From positions 62,001 to 126,000 of IMG/VR virus record IMGVR_UViG_3300042514_000542: a stretch of DNA of 64,000 nucleotides. One strand, 5' to 3'. The position numbers were made by a program, and so were the translations under genes. How positions within the stretch are numbered: the stretch's first letter is position 1; each line of letters opens with the position of its first letter. Shown here piece after piece: positions 8,008 through 16,621 of the stretch. The notes under the pieces were generated by a model. The model made no database searches, was not told the DNA's origin, and worked only from the letters and a program-made list of their open reading frames with translations.

Positions 8008-9666
8008 TTAGATTTCAACCATATTGAGGATTTCTTGGTCTAGGGCAATGTTGATAAGATCATAAGTAGTCTTAATCTTACCACTTAGGAAGCTTACAGC
8101 ACTGGCTGAATATCCGCCCATATAATATACGTTCTGAACATCTTTACCAGTCTCAAACTTCTCACCAGTTCCTCGACCATATGCATTACTTTGAAGGTTC
8201 CAGAGAACAATCACAAAGTTATCTACATAAGCCTTGGAGAATCCAGCATTACGAAGTGTGTCTAGTGCCGCTTCAACATTAGTTCTACCTAGTGATGCTG
8301 GATTAAACTCTGAATCGGACACTGCTAGAATTCCACTAGGAAAATCTGATTCAGGTGTTCCCTCTCTCTTCATCTTAGCGAAAAGATTAATAACACTTTG
8401 GAAGTTAGTTCCACCATAAAAAGAAGACTTATCATTCTTCCACTTATCGACAGGTGTTTGACCAACCCATTTCCTAAGTTTAGCATCGGAATTGAATTCA
8501 ATCCAATGACCTGCAAAGGTTCCTTGTAGGAATTCACTGAAATATAGTGCTAGAGCTTTACCGACATTATAACAACTTGATTTAGTTCCCGGACATTGTG
8601 AAGACATGCTGCCGCTTACGTCTCTTACCACGATAAGATCAGTAACTTCGTTATCTCTTGCCTTTTGGACAAGTGTATCGAATTGCTTATTGATAGTTGC
8701 TTCCTTGTTCTTAACACCCATCCAAGAACCTTCAAAGAGTTCATGAACAAATCCAGTATACTTAACGTCCTTGGTTTCGGGTGCAGTAATCCATGCGGAA
8801 TACTTGTCACTAAGACCATGATTCTTAAGGAACTTGGACTTAACAAGAATCGACAATGCACGACCATGAATCTTATCAAACTCAAGTTCATTGAACTTAG
8901 CCTTAGAGATTAGCTTTTGCCAATCATGTGCGGTTCCACTGTTCTTAAGCTTACGATATTGCTTATAGGTAGAAGGGGTTTCCTTTTGTCCAAAGATCAA
9001 TGAGCAGATCCACTTAGCGATTGCATTGTTGGATTGTGCATCAATGGTAGTAGCTTGGCTACGTGCTTTGATTTGTGGGAGATACTTCTTCACAAGATCA
9101 CAAGTATTCTTGTTATGAAGTCCTGCAAGAATCAATTGACCAAACTTATCCCAATCAAGCTTACGGTTATTCCAACCATTATAGCTAAGGTCATATTGAA
9201 GCATGGTGAATACATCGTGCCACGATCCAAGAGATACAAACAATAGGATGTTATTCCAGAATGCTTGTGGAGACTTGTCATGTAGCCAAATCATACGCAT
9301 AATTGCTTCATGCTTAAGTTCAGTTCCCTTTTGAGGGGATTCAGTCTTAGTTCCATCAGGAAGATTAACCGTGCGAGGAATGGTTCTCATAAACAAGGCA
9401 AACTTAGTAGCCTTAAGAGGATCTTCACCCCACAACATTTCACAATCTTGTGCGATTTCAGAATACTTACGAGGAACTTTATACTTACCTGCTTTGGTGA
9501 ACTGGTCAGTTAGGGAATCACCAGAACTTGAAAATTTCTTAGCACCGTTACCTGAACGGGTTACATTTGATTGAGCCTTTGCATTATTTAGGAATGCATT
9601 AACTTCTCCACGGGTGACAGCTTTCTTAGTAGCTACGACTTCTGGTTTGCGTTTGTTTTCGAACAT
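8008..9666 (-). CDS. Ro60/TROVE-related helical-repeat plus vWA protein (DUF2828-like)
   Basis: N-terminal helical region (DPLKATKFALFMRTIPR, GSWHDV, KKYLP); C-terminal vWA with MIDAS VVRDVSGSM, GGTNFQSV, AVSDSEFN, VLWNL, GYSAS. Confidence 0.8.
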   Translation of the reverse strand: MFENKRKPEVVATKKAVTRGEVNAFLNNAKAQSNVTRSGNGAKKFSSSGDSLTDQFTKAGKYKVPRKYSEIAQDCEMLWGEDPLKATKFALFMRTIPRTVNLPDGTKTESPQKGTELKHEAIMRMIWLHDKSPQAFWNNILLFVSLGSWHDVFTMLQYDLSYNGWNNRKLDWDKFGQLILAGLHNKNTCDLVKKYLPQIKARSQATTIDAQSNNAIAKWICSLIFGQKETPSTYKQYRKLKNSGTAHDWQKLISKAKFNELEFDKIHGRALSILVKSKFLKNHGLSDKYSAWITAPETKDVKYTGFVHELFEGSWMGVKNKEATINKQFDTLVQKARDNEVTDLIVVRDVSGSMSSQCPGTKSSCYNVGKALALYFSEFLQGTFAGHWIEFNSDAKLRKWVGQTPVDKWKNDKSSFYGGTNFQSVINLFAKMKREGTPESDFPSGILAVSDSEFNPASLGRTNVEAALDTLRNAGFSKAYVDNFVIVLWNLQSNAYGRGTGEKFETGKDVQNVYYMGGYSASAVSFLSGKIKTTYDLINIALDQEILNMVEI

Positions 9667-9696
9667 ATTGTTATTATTGGTTTGTTGTTGAAATTT

Positions 9697-9724
9697 AATT
9701 TACTCTATCTTTTTGGTTTGTCAA
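9697..9724 (-). promoter_or_regulatory. sigma70-like promoter of the Ro-like gene
   Basis: TTGACA-N16-TAAATT upstream of ATG 9666; same spacing as TTGACA-N16-TACAAT before rIIB. Confidence 0.5.
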
Positions 9725-9774
9725 GCGATTGGCTTGAACTTTCTTTTGTTGAAGCTATTGTATTTCGGTTTTAA

Positions 9775-10281
9775 TTAATCTTTCAGAACTTGTAGTCTCC
9801 ATTTAGCCGTTGATCTACTAATCTGTCTCAATTCCTTTTGGTGTCTATGATGATCAATATCATTCTTAGCTTTATCGTTTAGAATTCTACGATTGGGGAT
9901 TTTAATATTATCATAATCATATTCACTTATAAATTGTGGAACATAAAAATAAGAATTTACTGTATCCATGGGTTTCTTAAATCTCCACCAACTTCCAAGT
10001 TGATAACACCAACATTGATATTTTTTCCAGTATTCATTTTTCTTAGATCGCAATCTAATACAAAACAATAGACCTTCACGTTTAGGAAAACCGGGATCAT
10101 CACATCTTTCAATATATCTTAATGGGCCATCATAATCTCTTCCTTCTTTAGCATAAGCTAACAATTCATAATCATAACACTCTTCGGGTGTCAATGGTTC
10201 TTCATCTTCTTCGATTGGGATCTGATGCATGATACTAGAGAAGTCAGCATACCAATCAAGTTCTTTAACTTTTAGTTTCAT
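9775..10281 (-). CDS. hypothetical protein
   Basis: 168 aa ORF whose stop lies in the repeat at 9757. Confidence 0.65.
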   Translation of the reverse strand: MKLKVKELDWYADFSSIMHQIPIEEDEEPLTPEECYDYELLAYAKEGRDYDGPLRYIERCDDPGFPKREGLLFCIRLRSKKNEYWKKYQCWCYQLGSWWRFKKPMDTVNSYFYVPQFISEYDYDNIKIPNRRILNDKAKNDIDHHRHQKELRQISRSTAKWRLQVLKD

Positions 10282-10293
10282 GTCACTATTGTA

Positions 10294-10599
10294 TTATGGT
10301 AGATAATGGGTTACAAACCTTTCCTTAGCTTCCTTAAAATTCCTAGCACCACCTTCAAGATAGTGAAAAATATTAGCACCGGAAAGGTCAATAACATTTA
10401 GTGGTTTAAAGAAATGTCTAAACACATTACCCTTGCAATCAACAATATACCAAAGGAAACCCTTACCATTATCCTTCAAAAATTCAGATAGTAAGCATCC
10501 ACAACTATTCTTATCAAGATTACCAGTTAGCATATCCAATGGTCTTTCGTCTGGTTGCTCCATCATCCAATTATAAACATCTGTTATTGTGTATTTCAT
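10294..10599 (-). CDS. hypothetical protein, paralog of 36867-37169
   Basis: Shared W..(E/S)QPD.R..DM..CGC pattern. Confidence 0.6.
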   Translation of the reverse strand: MKYTITDVYNWMMEQPDERPLDMLTGNLDKNSCGCLLSEFLKDNGKGFLWYIVDCKGNVFRHFFKPLNVIDLSGANIFHYLEGGARNFKEAKERFVTHYLP

Positions 10600-10630
10600 A
10601 TCGTTATTATAGTTCGGTTTTAATTATGGT

Positions 10631-11401
10631 TCAAACATCCCACAGTCTAGCAAAGAATTCATCAAGTTCTTCTTTGGTTATCACGACCTTCTTACTAAAG
10701 ATATAATCATTGATATCATTATAGTTAGTTAAGTTGAAGTTTTCACCATTAACATAAGACCACCATGAACCATTCTTTTGTTGATCGGTGCATTCGGTAG
10801 CCCAATTATGTCCAATGTTGTGAAGCATTTCATGTTGATCGGCACGACCTTGACCATGTAGTTCTTTGGGTGAGAAGAATTGATTACAGAACATACTAAG
10901 ACTATTACGTTCCCAATCCTTTACTCTCCATAGGAAGACATTGGCAACATCATCTTTAGGACATTGGAATGCACGGGCATCAAAGATAGCAGGATTTGAA
11001 TCTGCAAAATCCCAAACGTTGAAGAATTGTTGATAATTTTTAATTACCCAATTCTTATTAAAGTATGCTGTCATCATTGCAGCAGTAACACTTTCAATCT
11101 TATTCTGTCTACCACCAAACCATTGTTGTGTTTCAATGGTATCACTATCATCCAATACAAATGTCACTTCATCACTTTGAGCATATAAGGCTTTACATCC
11201 TTGCATTTGTTTTGCTACCTCTTTAGCAGACTCAAACATACAAGTAATAAGTGTTTGATCGAAAGGTCTTTGACAACCCTTTGTGAACTGACTAAAGCAC
11301 TTGCCATCCACTCGTATAACTATAGGAATTTTAGGTAAGAAATAATTCTCACTTATAGATTCATATCGTTTTATTCTATCCCCCAAAGAGTCATTTTTCA
11401 T
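10631..11401 (-). CDS. tRNA(His) guanylyltransferase Thg1-like 3'-5' polymerase
   Basis: IVIRVDGKCFSQFT, YAQSDEVTF, FDARAF, WR..DW.RNS. Confidence 0.9.
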   Translation of the reverse strand: MKNDSLGDRIKRYESISENYFLPKIPIVIRVDGKCFSQFTKGCQRPFDQTLITCMFESAKEVAKQMQGCKALYAQSDEVTFVLDDSDTIETQQWFGGRQNKIESVTAAMMTAYFNKNWVIKNYQQFFNVWDFADSNPAIFDARAFQCPKDDVANVFLWRVKDWERNSLSMFCNQFFSPKELHGQGRADQHEMLHNIGHNWATECTDQQKNGSWWSYVNGENFNLTNYNDINDYIFSKKVVITKEELDEFFARLWDV

Positions 11402-12314
11402 AATTCCATTTATATCCTTTATGTGTTTGTCTTTTCCCTTTACAACAAGCTACGATAGCTGATGGATCAAATCCAGTCGATTTGATGCTATCCCATGTTT
11501 TAATATGGTTATCATTTAAATCCTTTTGTTCAACTCTTATCCTGTTGTTTACGGGTGTGAAATTTATATTATTATTCTTAAAGTAGTTTTTGATGCATTT
11601 TATAGGAACACCATATTTTTTGTAAAGCCTGTATATTGTATACTCTTCCGTTTTGAAATCTTTAACTATATCTAAATATTTTAAACTATGATCAATTGGT
11701 CCATCTTCATCAATTTTAGAATTTTTTAATTGTTTTATCTCCCACTTATGTTTGTATGATTCTACTGGACAGTCACCAATATAATTTAAAAAATGTTTAG
11801 CAAATATTCGTTTGATATATATTCTGTTATTGGTGAAGTTGATCCATGATTTCCATTCCTGTAATTGCCCATTTAGAAACTCTAAACTATCTTTATCGAA
11901 GGAATCTGTGCATAATTTAATATATCCATGACTCTTATCTAATGAACCATCACCAACATACCATAACAGAATTATAGTGTTTGTCAACTCTAAATCTTTC
12001 GGAACTATTTTAAGTCCTTCTGGATACCACACCATTCTAAGGTTGTAGAATGTTATGCTGCTCTTAGTTCTTATGCTATAATTTATATATGTCTTCTTTG
12101 TTCTCTTATCGTAAATTTCTCTTCTGATCGGACCATCTTTATATCTGGGAGATACCAAGTCTTTAAGTTGATTCCATACATACTCCACATGATCTAAATT
12201 ACTACTACCATACATGAAGCAAGAGCTTTTACCCTTTATAGATAAGCACCCATCACCTAATAAGCATCCTTGAATTACTTCTAATTCGTATTGTGTTAAA
12301 TTTATTACACTCAT
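11391..12314 (-). CDS. LAGLIDADG homing endonuclease with C-terminal NUMOD1-like tail
   Basis: IQGCLLGDGCL and WYVGDGS motifs; IVACCKGKRQTHKGYKW tail; start reassigned to ATG 12314, after ACTAAATAATAGT. Confidence 0.85.
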   Translation of the reverse strand: MSVINLTQYELEVIQGCLLGDGCLSIKGKSSCFMYGSSNLDHVEYVWNQLKDLVSPRYKDGPIRREIYDKRTKKTYINYSIRTKSSITFYNLRMVWYPEGLKIVPKDLELTNTIILLWYVGDGSLDKSHGYIKLCTDSFDKDSLEFLNGQLQEWKSWINFTNNRIYIKRIFAKHFLNYIGDCPVESYKHKWEIKQLKNSKIDEDGPIDHSLKYLDIVKDFKTEEYTIYRLYKKYGVPIKCIKNYFKNNNINFTPVNNRIRVEQKDLNDNHIKTWDSIKSTGFDPSAIVACCKGKRQTHKGYKWNYEK

Positions 12315-12425
12315 ACTATTATTTAGTGTAGAGTGTAACACTTTTCACATTTGGACATAAGAAAGTTCCAGATATAAGAACGGGTCTGGACTCCGCATGA
12401 AAAAGACTCTTACTGTCTATGTGAA

Positions 12426-12531
12426 TGGTGGCCGGGAATTCTCTGTATTATTGAACTTGTTTTCCTTGGCTCTTATAATGATCTTCCACCGGGACTTCCA
12501 GCAGTTATAAGACGGTTCTCAACAGCCGACC
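12426..12531 (-). ncRNA. candidate rod-shaped RNA ending in ACCA
   Basis: Nested stems GGTCGG/CCGGCC, CTGT/ACAG, GAAC/GTTC, TCTTATAA/TTATAAGA; 3' end ACCA; lies in a 320-nt gap without a long ORF. Confidence 0.45.
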
Positions 12532-12666
12532 ATTATATAGAATCAATAGTTGAAGGTAGTCATCAGCACCCATCATTCGTCCCGATTTTACGGATCTTTT
12601 TAAACTCAGATGATATATACGAAGCTCCGAACTACCACTAAATATACCTAGTCTCAACTATTAAAA

Positions 12667-13017
12667 TTATTCAGCCTCAGTGTAGGCACTTTCGATATTA
12701 GCTGGGCAAAGCTTAATCTTAGAAGGATCAAGATCCTTGAAGTATTTCAATGCCCTTGCTTCAAGACTTTCAAATGCCGCAAGAACCATAGCTTCACGTT
12801 CCAATACCTTTGGAAGTTGATATGATGGAGCCTTAGCACGGGCGATAGCAATATCAATACCAAGCTTCTTTTCAAAGCGATCCATCGTAGTGTTAAGAAG
12901 AGAGAATCCATAAAGGATTTCATCATTCTCACGAATTGCAACCGCAACACCGCGAGGTTGATTGGTTTGTGCGTTTCTAATATACTGCTTAATTACTGTT
13001 TGTTTTTCTGTTTTCAT
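12667..13017 (-). CDS. hypothetical protein
   Basis: 116 aa ORF downstream of the repeat at 13042. Confidence 0.65.
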   Translation of the reverse strand: MKTEKQTVIKQYIRNAQTNQPRGVAVAIRENDEILYGFSLLNTTMDRFEKKLGIDIAIARAKAPSYQLPKVLEREAMVLAAFESLEARALKYFKDLDPSKIKLCPANIESAYTEAE

Positions 13018-13059
13018 AATTTTGTCTTTCGTTGTAATGCTATTGTATTTCGGTTTTAA

Positions 13060-13362
13060 TTAACTCTTTTCGAACTTAGCTTTCAATGCTTCATATTGTC
13101 TTTTCTCAAATTCAAACTGTCTTTGATTATACTCTACCTCTTGTTTAAGACGAAGTGCTTCTTCCTCGTCGGTTTCAAGCTTATCACCATATAGAGTGTG
13201 TCTATAATAAGACCCATCTTCACAACTGTAATCGTAATCGAGTTTCAAATTGGTGTATTCATCAGAATAATAACCAAACTCTTGTGTCAAGCTATCAATG
13301 ACTTCATAAAGGGTTCCTGAAAAATGTAGTGTTGTAAGAGTATGTGTCTTTATCTTTTTCAT
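13060..13362 (-). CDS. hypothetical protein
   Basis: Cassette bounded by the repeats at 13369 and 13042. Confidence 0.65.
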   Translation of the reverse strand: MKKIKTHTLTTLHFSGTLYEVIDSLTQEFGYYSDEYTNLKLDYDYSCEDGSYYRHTLYGDKLETDEEEALRLKQEVEYNQRQFEFEKRQYEALKAKFEKS

Positions 13363-13391
13363 AACGTTATTGTATTTCGGTTTTAATTATG

Positions 13392-13521
13392 TGGGAAGTA
13401 GGGGAATTGCACCTAACCGTAAGACTATACGACTACTAACTAGTCTTCACCGTATAATCCCATAAGCCCTAATCGTTCGTCCTTATTGAACGCGCCTTTA
13501 CTCTTTAAGACGTAACTTCCC
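13392..13521 (-). ncRNA. candidate tRNA-like RNA (130 nt)
   Basis: Acceptor-like GGGAAGT/ACTTCCC+A, D-like CGTC/GGCG, CGTTC/GAACG hairpin, long GAAGACTA/TAGTCTT arm, T-like AGG-TGCAATT-CC. Confidence 0.45.
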
Positions 13522-13793
13522 CGTTTTAGATCCTATTACCATCTTTATCATACTTGACTTCAAACCTATTAGGGTTCTCCTTGTCATATTTGATATACTC
13601 TTTGAATTCATTATCAAAGTCTTCAAAAGATGTGAAGTCTTTCCTATCTTGATATTGGTTAATCACCCTTTCAAGTTTGGTTGGTTTGTAATCATTATGT
13701 GAACCAGATGAGAATGAGAATATCAATCCCAATACTGGAATACCCACAATGAAAAGAAATAATACAATTGCTATAATAATACATTCCATAATT

Positions 13794-15293
13794 TTAGAAG
13801 TGTTTTGCTACCCTCTCACGAATCTCTGCAAGCGTCCATTCTCGAATAATTTTCCCGTTGTTGAAGACTTCAACAAATTCACAATTAAGAACATCATCCC
13901 AAGTTGCCTGATCCTTTAGGTAAAATTCACCTTCAAGATCTTTATAGACTGCGAGCAATCCTTTAGCCGATTTCTTCATACCACTAGTATCAGTTTTAGG
14001 ATCTTTGTAAATTTCCACCAATTCTCCATTCTTAACACAAGCTGTAGCTTTACAAGCCCACCCATCAGTATCTCTTGTAACCATTTGATATGTAAAACTT
14101 CCGATACCCAAAACAAGATTAGTAGATGCGAAACCCTTAGCTTTAAGACCCTCGCAGATTCTTTCTGCTACCTCTAAAGTCACTCCATCACCAAGGATAG
14201 CACCAACCTTTTCGTGTAGGACTTTATAACCCTTATCATTAACAGTTCCCCCAAAAATATCCCATAGAAGTTCAACAGTTCCCAATCTTTCGGGACTACC
14301 TTCTGGAGCATCAGGATCACCAATGATAATTAGAACATTATCACCACTATCAGGTCTAAATACCGTTTTATTAACGAAGTGTCCTTCACGGGAAAGGATA
14401 GCCCTTTGCACATCTTCCTCTCTAAGAGTTACGTTTAGGAAAGACCAATAATCGTAGGTGTCAGAAACTAAGCTAACAATACCATAAGGTTGAACTTCAG
14501 TGATGATGTGAAGCATCATTTCCTTCTCGCTTTTATCTCCCCACGAAGAAACCACGCTATGCTCAGTTGCGCTCACACTACATCCGACTAATTCTTCATC
14601 CGAATTAGCATTGTAATACTCTTCGGCAAAGTCTACACCCCAAACAGTATCAGTTCCTACGAAGCTAGTTAAATGCCCCATATCTACTAATGCAGCAGCC
14701 TCGGTTCCCATACAACCACGGGCAGAAAAATTATGACCCTGAAAAGGAACAAATGTTTCGTCACCAGTTTCCTTAGCATATTTTTCAAGCAAGAGTCTAA
14801 ACTGATTTGCGGTAGTCGCAGAAGTAGATAAAGGCCAATAATTAGCACTAATAATAGTTTCAAGATAATTAGTTACCCAAAAGAAGTTTTCATCATTAGG
14901 TTTAGTATTCCAATATTGAAATGTCGGAACCTTATATGGAACCTTACTACCTTCAGGGAGAGCATATACTTGGATAGGTAGATACCCTAGATCATGTAAT
15001 GCTTCCATGTGCTTAGTTCCTACAACATTCTTCTCTCCCAAGTAGTTATTAACCCTTCTAGTAAAGCGTTTAATTACCTTTTCCTTTGGTTGATCAAAAA
15101 ATCCATTCCATTGGTTGATGAAAATCTCTTTAATAACATACTGCATACCTAGTGCAACTACATGTTTCGGAATGTTTTTTCGATAGGATTTTCTAGGAGT
15201 TCCATTACTCACTACTTGTTCGGTATCTGGGTGATAAGCGTTCTTATGGAACATTTTATACCCATCAATTTGTGTTTCAGCGTTGTTTTGCAT
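13794..15293 (-). CDS. nadV: nicotinamide phosphoribosyltransferase-like (Nampt/Namat family)
   Basis: IDGYKMFH, YLETI, HNFSARG, HLTSFVGTDT, ATEHSV, SLVSDTYD, RPDSGD, ILGDGVT, KDPKTD..KKSAKG. Confidence 0.9.
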   Translation of the reverse strand: MQNNAETQIDGYKMFHKNAYHPDTEQVVSNGTPRKSYRKNIPKHVVALGMQYVIKEIFINQWNGFFDQPKEKVIKRFTRRVNNYLGEKNVVGTKHMEALHDLGYLPIQVYALPEGSKVPYKVPTFQYWNTKPNDENFFWVTNYLETIISANYWPLSTSATTANQFRLLLEKYAKETGDETFVPFQGHNFSARGCMGTEAAALVDMGHLTSFVGTDTVWGVDFAEEYYNANSDEELVGCSVSATEHSVVSSWGDKSEKEMMLHIITEVQPYGIVSLVSDTYDYWSFLNVTLREEDVQRAILSREGHFVNKTVFRPDSGDNVLIIIGDPDAPEGSPERLGTVELLWDIFGGTVNDKGYKVLHEKVGAILGDGVTLEVAERICEGLKAKGFASTNLVLGIGSFTYQMVTRDTDGWACKATACVKNGELVEIYKDPKTDTSGMKKSAKGLLAVYKDLEGEFYLKDQATWDDVLNCEFVEVFNNGKIIREWTLAEIRERVAKHF

Positions 15294-15346
15294 AATTTTA
15301 TTTAATATTTTTGTTGGAATTATTTACGGAGTGACTAAATAATAGT

Positions 15347-16135
15347 ATGAAGTATTCAAAAGAAGAGGAATCATTTATTATTGAGAACTACCCCAAATTC
15401 GGTGCGACTTATTGTAGTTCGGTTTTAATTAATAGAGATGTAGAAGCTGTCGGAGCTAAAGCTAGACGAATGGGATTGCGACATGAAAGCAATTTTAAAC
15501 ATCCATCATTATGTAAAAATTTTTCTATAGACATAATTGAAAATCCGACAAAAGAGTTTGCATACTTATTGGGGTTCTTATGGGCAGATGGATATATTTT
15601 AAAAAAGATTGATAAGAAAGGATTCAACCATAATAGAATTGTGTGTGAGATAGTGTCCGATGATTTTGATATGATATGGAATAATTTTAAAGATTTTAGT
15701 AAGTGGTCTGTTAGTAAAAGAAAAAGAAGAGAGAATTGGAAGGAAACCAAAACTGCGACCATTAACAATAAATATCTTTACGAATTTCTAGAATCTTTAG
15801 GTTTCAAATCTAAGCTTGAAGGATTCGATAAAGTATTTAAATACCTCCAGAAATTCAATCTTATTGATTATTTTATATGTGGATTATTTGATGGTGATGG
15901 ACATACTGATTTTAAAAAATTAATAGAATTATCATCTTCCATTTCCCAGAATTGGAAATCCATTGAAGAAATATTTAAAATTAATAACATTTCATACGGT
16001 CTTTATTATTACAAACATCCTACTAAAAACCATTCTGCATCCATTATTAAGATTCAAAATATTGAAGGTTTTAACTGGTTCAATAAAAACTTTCTTAAAA
16101 ATGATATAGGTTTAAAAAGAAAGAGACTTAATTAA
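15347..16135 (+). CDS. LAGLIDADG homing endonuclease, antisense to the surrounding operon
   Basis: AYLLGFLWADGY and FICGLFDGDGH; preceded by ACTAAATAATAGT-ATG. Confidence 0.85.
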   Translation: MKYSKEEESFIIENYPKFGATYCSSVLINRDVEAVGAKARRMGLRHESNFKHPSLCKNFSIDIIENPTKEFAYLLGFLWADGYILKKIDKKGFNHNRIVCEIVSDDFDMIWNNFKDFSKWSVSKRKRRENWKETKTATINNKYLYEFLESLGFKSKLEGFDKVFKYLQKFNLIDYFICGLFDGDGHTDFKKLIELSSSISQNWKSIEEIFKINNISYGLYYYKHPTKNHSASIIKIQNIEGFNWFNKNFLKNDIGLKRKRLN

Positions 16136-16572
16136 ATTGTAAACGTCCACTTAGGTTTCTTAGGATGAACGAAGGTGTTAAGAACACACTCAGCAATTCT
16201 CTTATGTGACATACCATTAGAACCATTGGCGGAAAAGCACTCACCATCATTCAAATCGGAAGCACAATATTCACTAATACCACCAGTAATAGGATATACT
16301 AGATCGGGATTTACACCATCCCACCCAAAAAAATCAATAACATTTTGATGTGGGAATGCATCCTTATCAATGTATCCTTCATCATTCGGATCATCTGGAA
16401 TTTCCACTCCACATTCCTTAGCAACATTTTGTGCTACTGCTAGACAACAGCGACCACCATTTTTATACATACCTCCGGTAGCCTTCTTCTTATTCTTAAT
16501 TAGTGCTTCTGCCCAAAGTTGATTGCGTTGTTTGATTTGAGTCTTAGTTGGGTTTAGTAGGTTGTTTTTCAT
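16132..16572 (-). CDS. hypothetical protein
   Basis: 146 aa ORF after the repeat at 16582. Confidence 0.6.
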   Translation of the reverse strand: MKNNLLNPTKTQIKQRNQLWAEALIKNKKKATGGMYKNGGRCCLAVAQNVAKECGVEIPDDPNDEGYIDKDAFPHQNVIDFFGWDGVNPDLVYPITGGISEYCASDLNDGECFSANGSNGMSHKRIAECVLNTFVHPKKPKWTFTI

Positions 16573-16621
16573 TGTATCAGTATTATAGTTCGGTTTTAAT
16601 TAACGGTAAACGACAATTTCT

